From the NCBI RefSeq assembly GCF_001194135.2, contig NC_068981.1:164756784-164793481 (forward strand): 36,698 nt of DNA, given 5' to 3'. The number at the start of each line of letters is the position of its first letter. Position 1 is the stretch's first letter. The stretch is from Octopus bimaculoides. Lineage: Eukaryota. Shown one piece after another: positions 34,405 through 36,698 of the stretch. Below the pieces are notes generated by a model, which was not told where the DNA came from, made no database searches, and worked only from the letters and a program-made list of their open reading frames with translations. The position numbers and the translations under genes were made by a program.

Positions 34405-35989
34405 CTGTGAAGGTGGAACAATTATCAGATGTACGCAAACACACATACACACAATTATATGCACTGTGATCGAACCATTGCCATATGCACACACATACAC
34501 ACACACATAAAGCTGACATTCTATACAAGACTTCTTCAAGCTGAATTGTTCACATCTGTCGTGAGCAGCACAGCCAGGGGCAAAACCCCGAGAAAATTTT
34601 AAATTGTTGACATATCAAATGTATCTACCAACTTTCAAACTCCGTTTCGAGTTCTGTATCAGTCATGTTTGTGCTGTGTAAAATATATATATATATGTGT
34701 GTGTGTGTATTTTTTTTTAATGTATTTAACAACACATATATTCAAATATATATGTATACATAGGCACATACACTCACACACACATACACACACACACACA
34801 TACGTAGGATATAACAAACAAGATAAAGCGTACTAAATAACATGATAGAGCATTGTAATATATTTCATCTGCATAAATCAGTTGATATTCTGGAGTCCCT
34901 GGGGGAAAAGACTGGTCTATTACATAGCTGGAACTTGAGAGTAAAAGCCGATTAATGCAGCCGGAATATATATTTTGATGTAGACCATCTTAATGCTCAT
35001 CAACAGCTCGTATATATNNNNNNNNNNAGGGGTTGAGGATCCAACCCACTAAGGGATAATATCTATTCAATATACTGCTGGGAGGGTACCCAATTATTGT
35101 TACACTAGTGTTATACCAAGTGCAATAAGTGTGTACGAGTAAAAGGGGATTTTTTTTTACCGTAAATTTATATAGCAATAAGAAAATGGATGGGAATATG
35201 AGGTACTCATCAACTTGCAGACACTGTATTCCGTTTATTAATCTGTTTATTTTATAACTAAATTGACAAAAAACGCAATATACAGACACTTATGACATAC
35301 CATGTCATATCAACAATATAGACACAATATAAACAATATAAACACAATAGGTAGGCATACATGTATTTATATTTATTAACAGTCTGATTTCGCTATATGC
35401 AGCTGGATAAAAGTTTCGTATATACTTTTCTGATAATATTCATTCTCTCCTTCCTTACTGAACAGTTAGTTCTGCTATTTAAAACGTGACAGATACGTTA
35501 ATATGGTTCAAAATCTATTTTCGTGTTATTCACTGCAATGTCTCTTGTTAGTGCGGACCACCAACATTTCAACATTTTTCAAAATCTTGTTTGTTTCTGT
35601 ATTTTTATTTTATTTCCGCTAAGGCATATGGTTAATTTATTACGAAACAGTGAATATTTTCCTGACTTCTTATCTACATTAATCTCTTCCCTTCACGAGG
35701 TCTTCGCTGACCATCTCTGTTCGTTAAAACCAGCACTACCTGGTGGTCGGTCATATAGTCAGAAAGTGATATAAAAATACGGCTTTATCTTTTTTATGGC
35801 TCATGTTAGATAAATCTATGTTGTCGACTGACGACAGATAGCCCAAAGGAAAAGATTCTGTCCTTTAGGGGACCTCACAGTCATTTCGTCTGAAGTGAGT
35901 ATTAAAATATATAAAATATCTGGGAACCTATGTCAATATCTGAATCGTGATTGAAAGTGATGAGTTTACCGTAATTTTAGTAATAAGAA

Positions 35990-36191
35990 CCTTTGCGGAC
36001 AAAACCTTTTGTAACCTTCATCCTCTCTTTGCCCTTACATGTTCTTAGTTGATATTAGCCCTTGTGGCCAATTAAACGAATTAATTATTATTTCCTACCT
36101 TTTCGGACAAAACCTTTTGTAACCTTCGTCCTGTCTTTGCCCTTACATGTTTTTAATTGATATTAGCCCTTGTGGCCAATAAAACGAATTA

Positions 36192-36200
<9 letters not shown>
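35990..36200 (+). repeat. Tandem pair of about 108-bp units, possibly LINE 3' ends, running into (ATT)n
   Basis: GGACAAAACCTTTTGTAACCTTC...GATATTAGCCCTTGTGGCCAAT(T/A)AAACGAATT at 35997 and 36105 (period 108). Confidence 0.9.

Positions 36201-36260
<60 letters not shown>
36189..36260. repeat. (TTA)n microsatellite
   Basis: Directly visible. Confidence 0.98.
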
Positions 36261-36450
36261 GAGTGAGAGAGAGAGCAATGCGTGCCATCAAAGTGACACT
36301 GGAGTACAAATATACGACCTCCATAAATACTTATCAAGGCTACCCGTCTGATAAGTGTACACCAGGCACATTCGTCACCATCGTATGTGTGCGACATGGT
36401 GGTCTCATATCAAGATAAACAGCGCATGACCTTTGCAGGTGGAGCCCAGT
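36261..36450 (-). mobile_element. Third, more diverged copy of the (AAT)-flanked retroelement 3' end
   Basis: GAGTGAGAGAGAGCAATGCGTGCCATCAAAGTGACACTGG...GCAGGTGGAGCCCAGT is the reverse complement of 7585-7760 with divergence. Flanked by TTA repeats on both sides. Confidence 0.82.
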
Positions 36451-36567
36451 CAACGATTATTATTGTTGTTATCCAAAAGTCAGGCCACCTATGGTTTTTT
36501 ATGGAGTTTTTTCCATGAGCAACCCTCGAACGTCTCGTCCCTTTTGAGGATTACACATTGTTGATTT

Positions 36568-36622
36568 CTTCTTCTTCTTCTTCTTCTTCTTCTTCTTCTT
36601 CTTCTTCTTCTTCTACTTCTTC

Positions 36623-36654
<32 letters not shown>

Positions 36655-36698
36655 CTTCTTCTTCTTCTTCTTCTTCTTCTTCTTCTTCTTCTTCTTCT
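36568..36698. repeat. (TTC)n microsatellite to window end
   Basis: Directly visible. Confidence 0.99.

Larger units (their letters stand above)
2986..35027. other. Twelve assembly gaps (N runs): 2986-3232, 5041-5658, 6131-6140, 6594-7000, 12023-12238, 12984-13007, 15050-15291, 20264-20554, 21455-21765, 24518-24814, 27898-28106, 35018-35027
   Basis: Read directly from the sequence. Nearly all abut microsatellites, as expected for a short-read assembly. Confidence 0.99.

Noticed and set aside
35838-35894. Plus-strand 57-nt exon candidate with strong GAA|GTGAGT donor (IAQRKRFCPLGDLTVISSE)
   Set aside because: Poor polypyrimidine tract, isolated, and on the opposite strand to the other candidates.
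1-36698. CRISPR array, rRNA, or prokaryotic or viral operon
   Set aside because: No regularly spaced repeat-spacer units, no rRNA motifs and no long intact ORFs; the context is eukaryotic and repeat-rich.

Overview
This is AT-rich, microsatellite-dense animal genomic DNA with 12 N-gaps (about 2.9 kb). The SINE, LINE and mariner families look like those of a coleoid cephalopod, probably Octopus; that is inferred from recalled repeat sequences, not from a database search. Almost all ORFs in the supplied track are microsatellite or N-gap artefacts. The real signal is layered transposon decay: three Tc1/mariner lineages (DD41D-type, maT/DD37D-type, DD34D mariner), four LINE groups (R4/Dong, RTE, L1/Tx1-like, I-group with RNase H), hAT-, MULE- and piggyBac-like MITEs, and three tRNA-derived SINE families. 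Five observations stand out. (1) Serial 5'-truncated insertions of an R4/Dong-like retroelement into (AAT)n arrays. (2) A 9-bp-TSD MITE inserted immediately after the RT catalytic motif of one Dong fragment. (3) An inverted, near-identical SINE pair that could form ADAR-editable dsRNA. (4) An in-frame mariner-maT chimera. (5) A chain of phase-compatible candidate minus-strand exons (29.1-34.4 kb) that includes an AG|GTGAG recursive-splice-like site with a 19-nt micro-exon. No host gene could be named. I found no rRNA, true tRNA or CRISPR array, and I cannot confirm a novel system.
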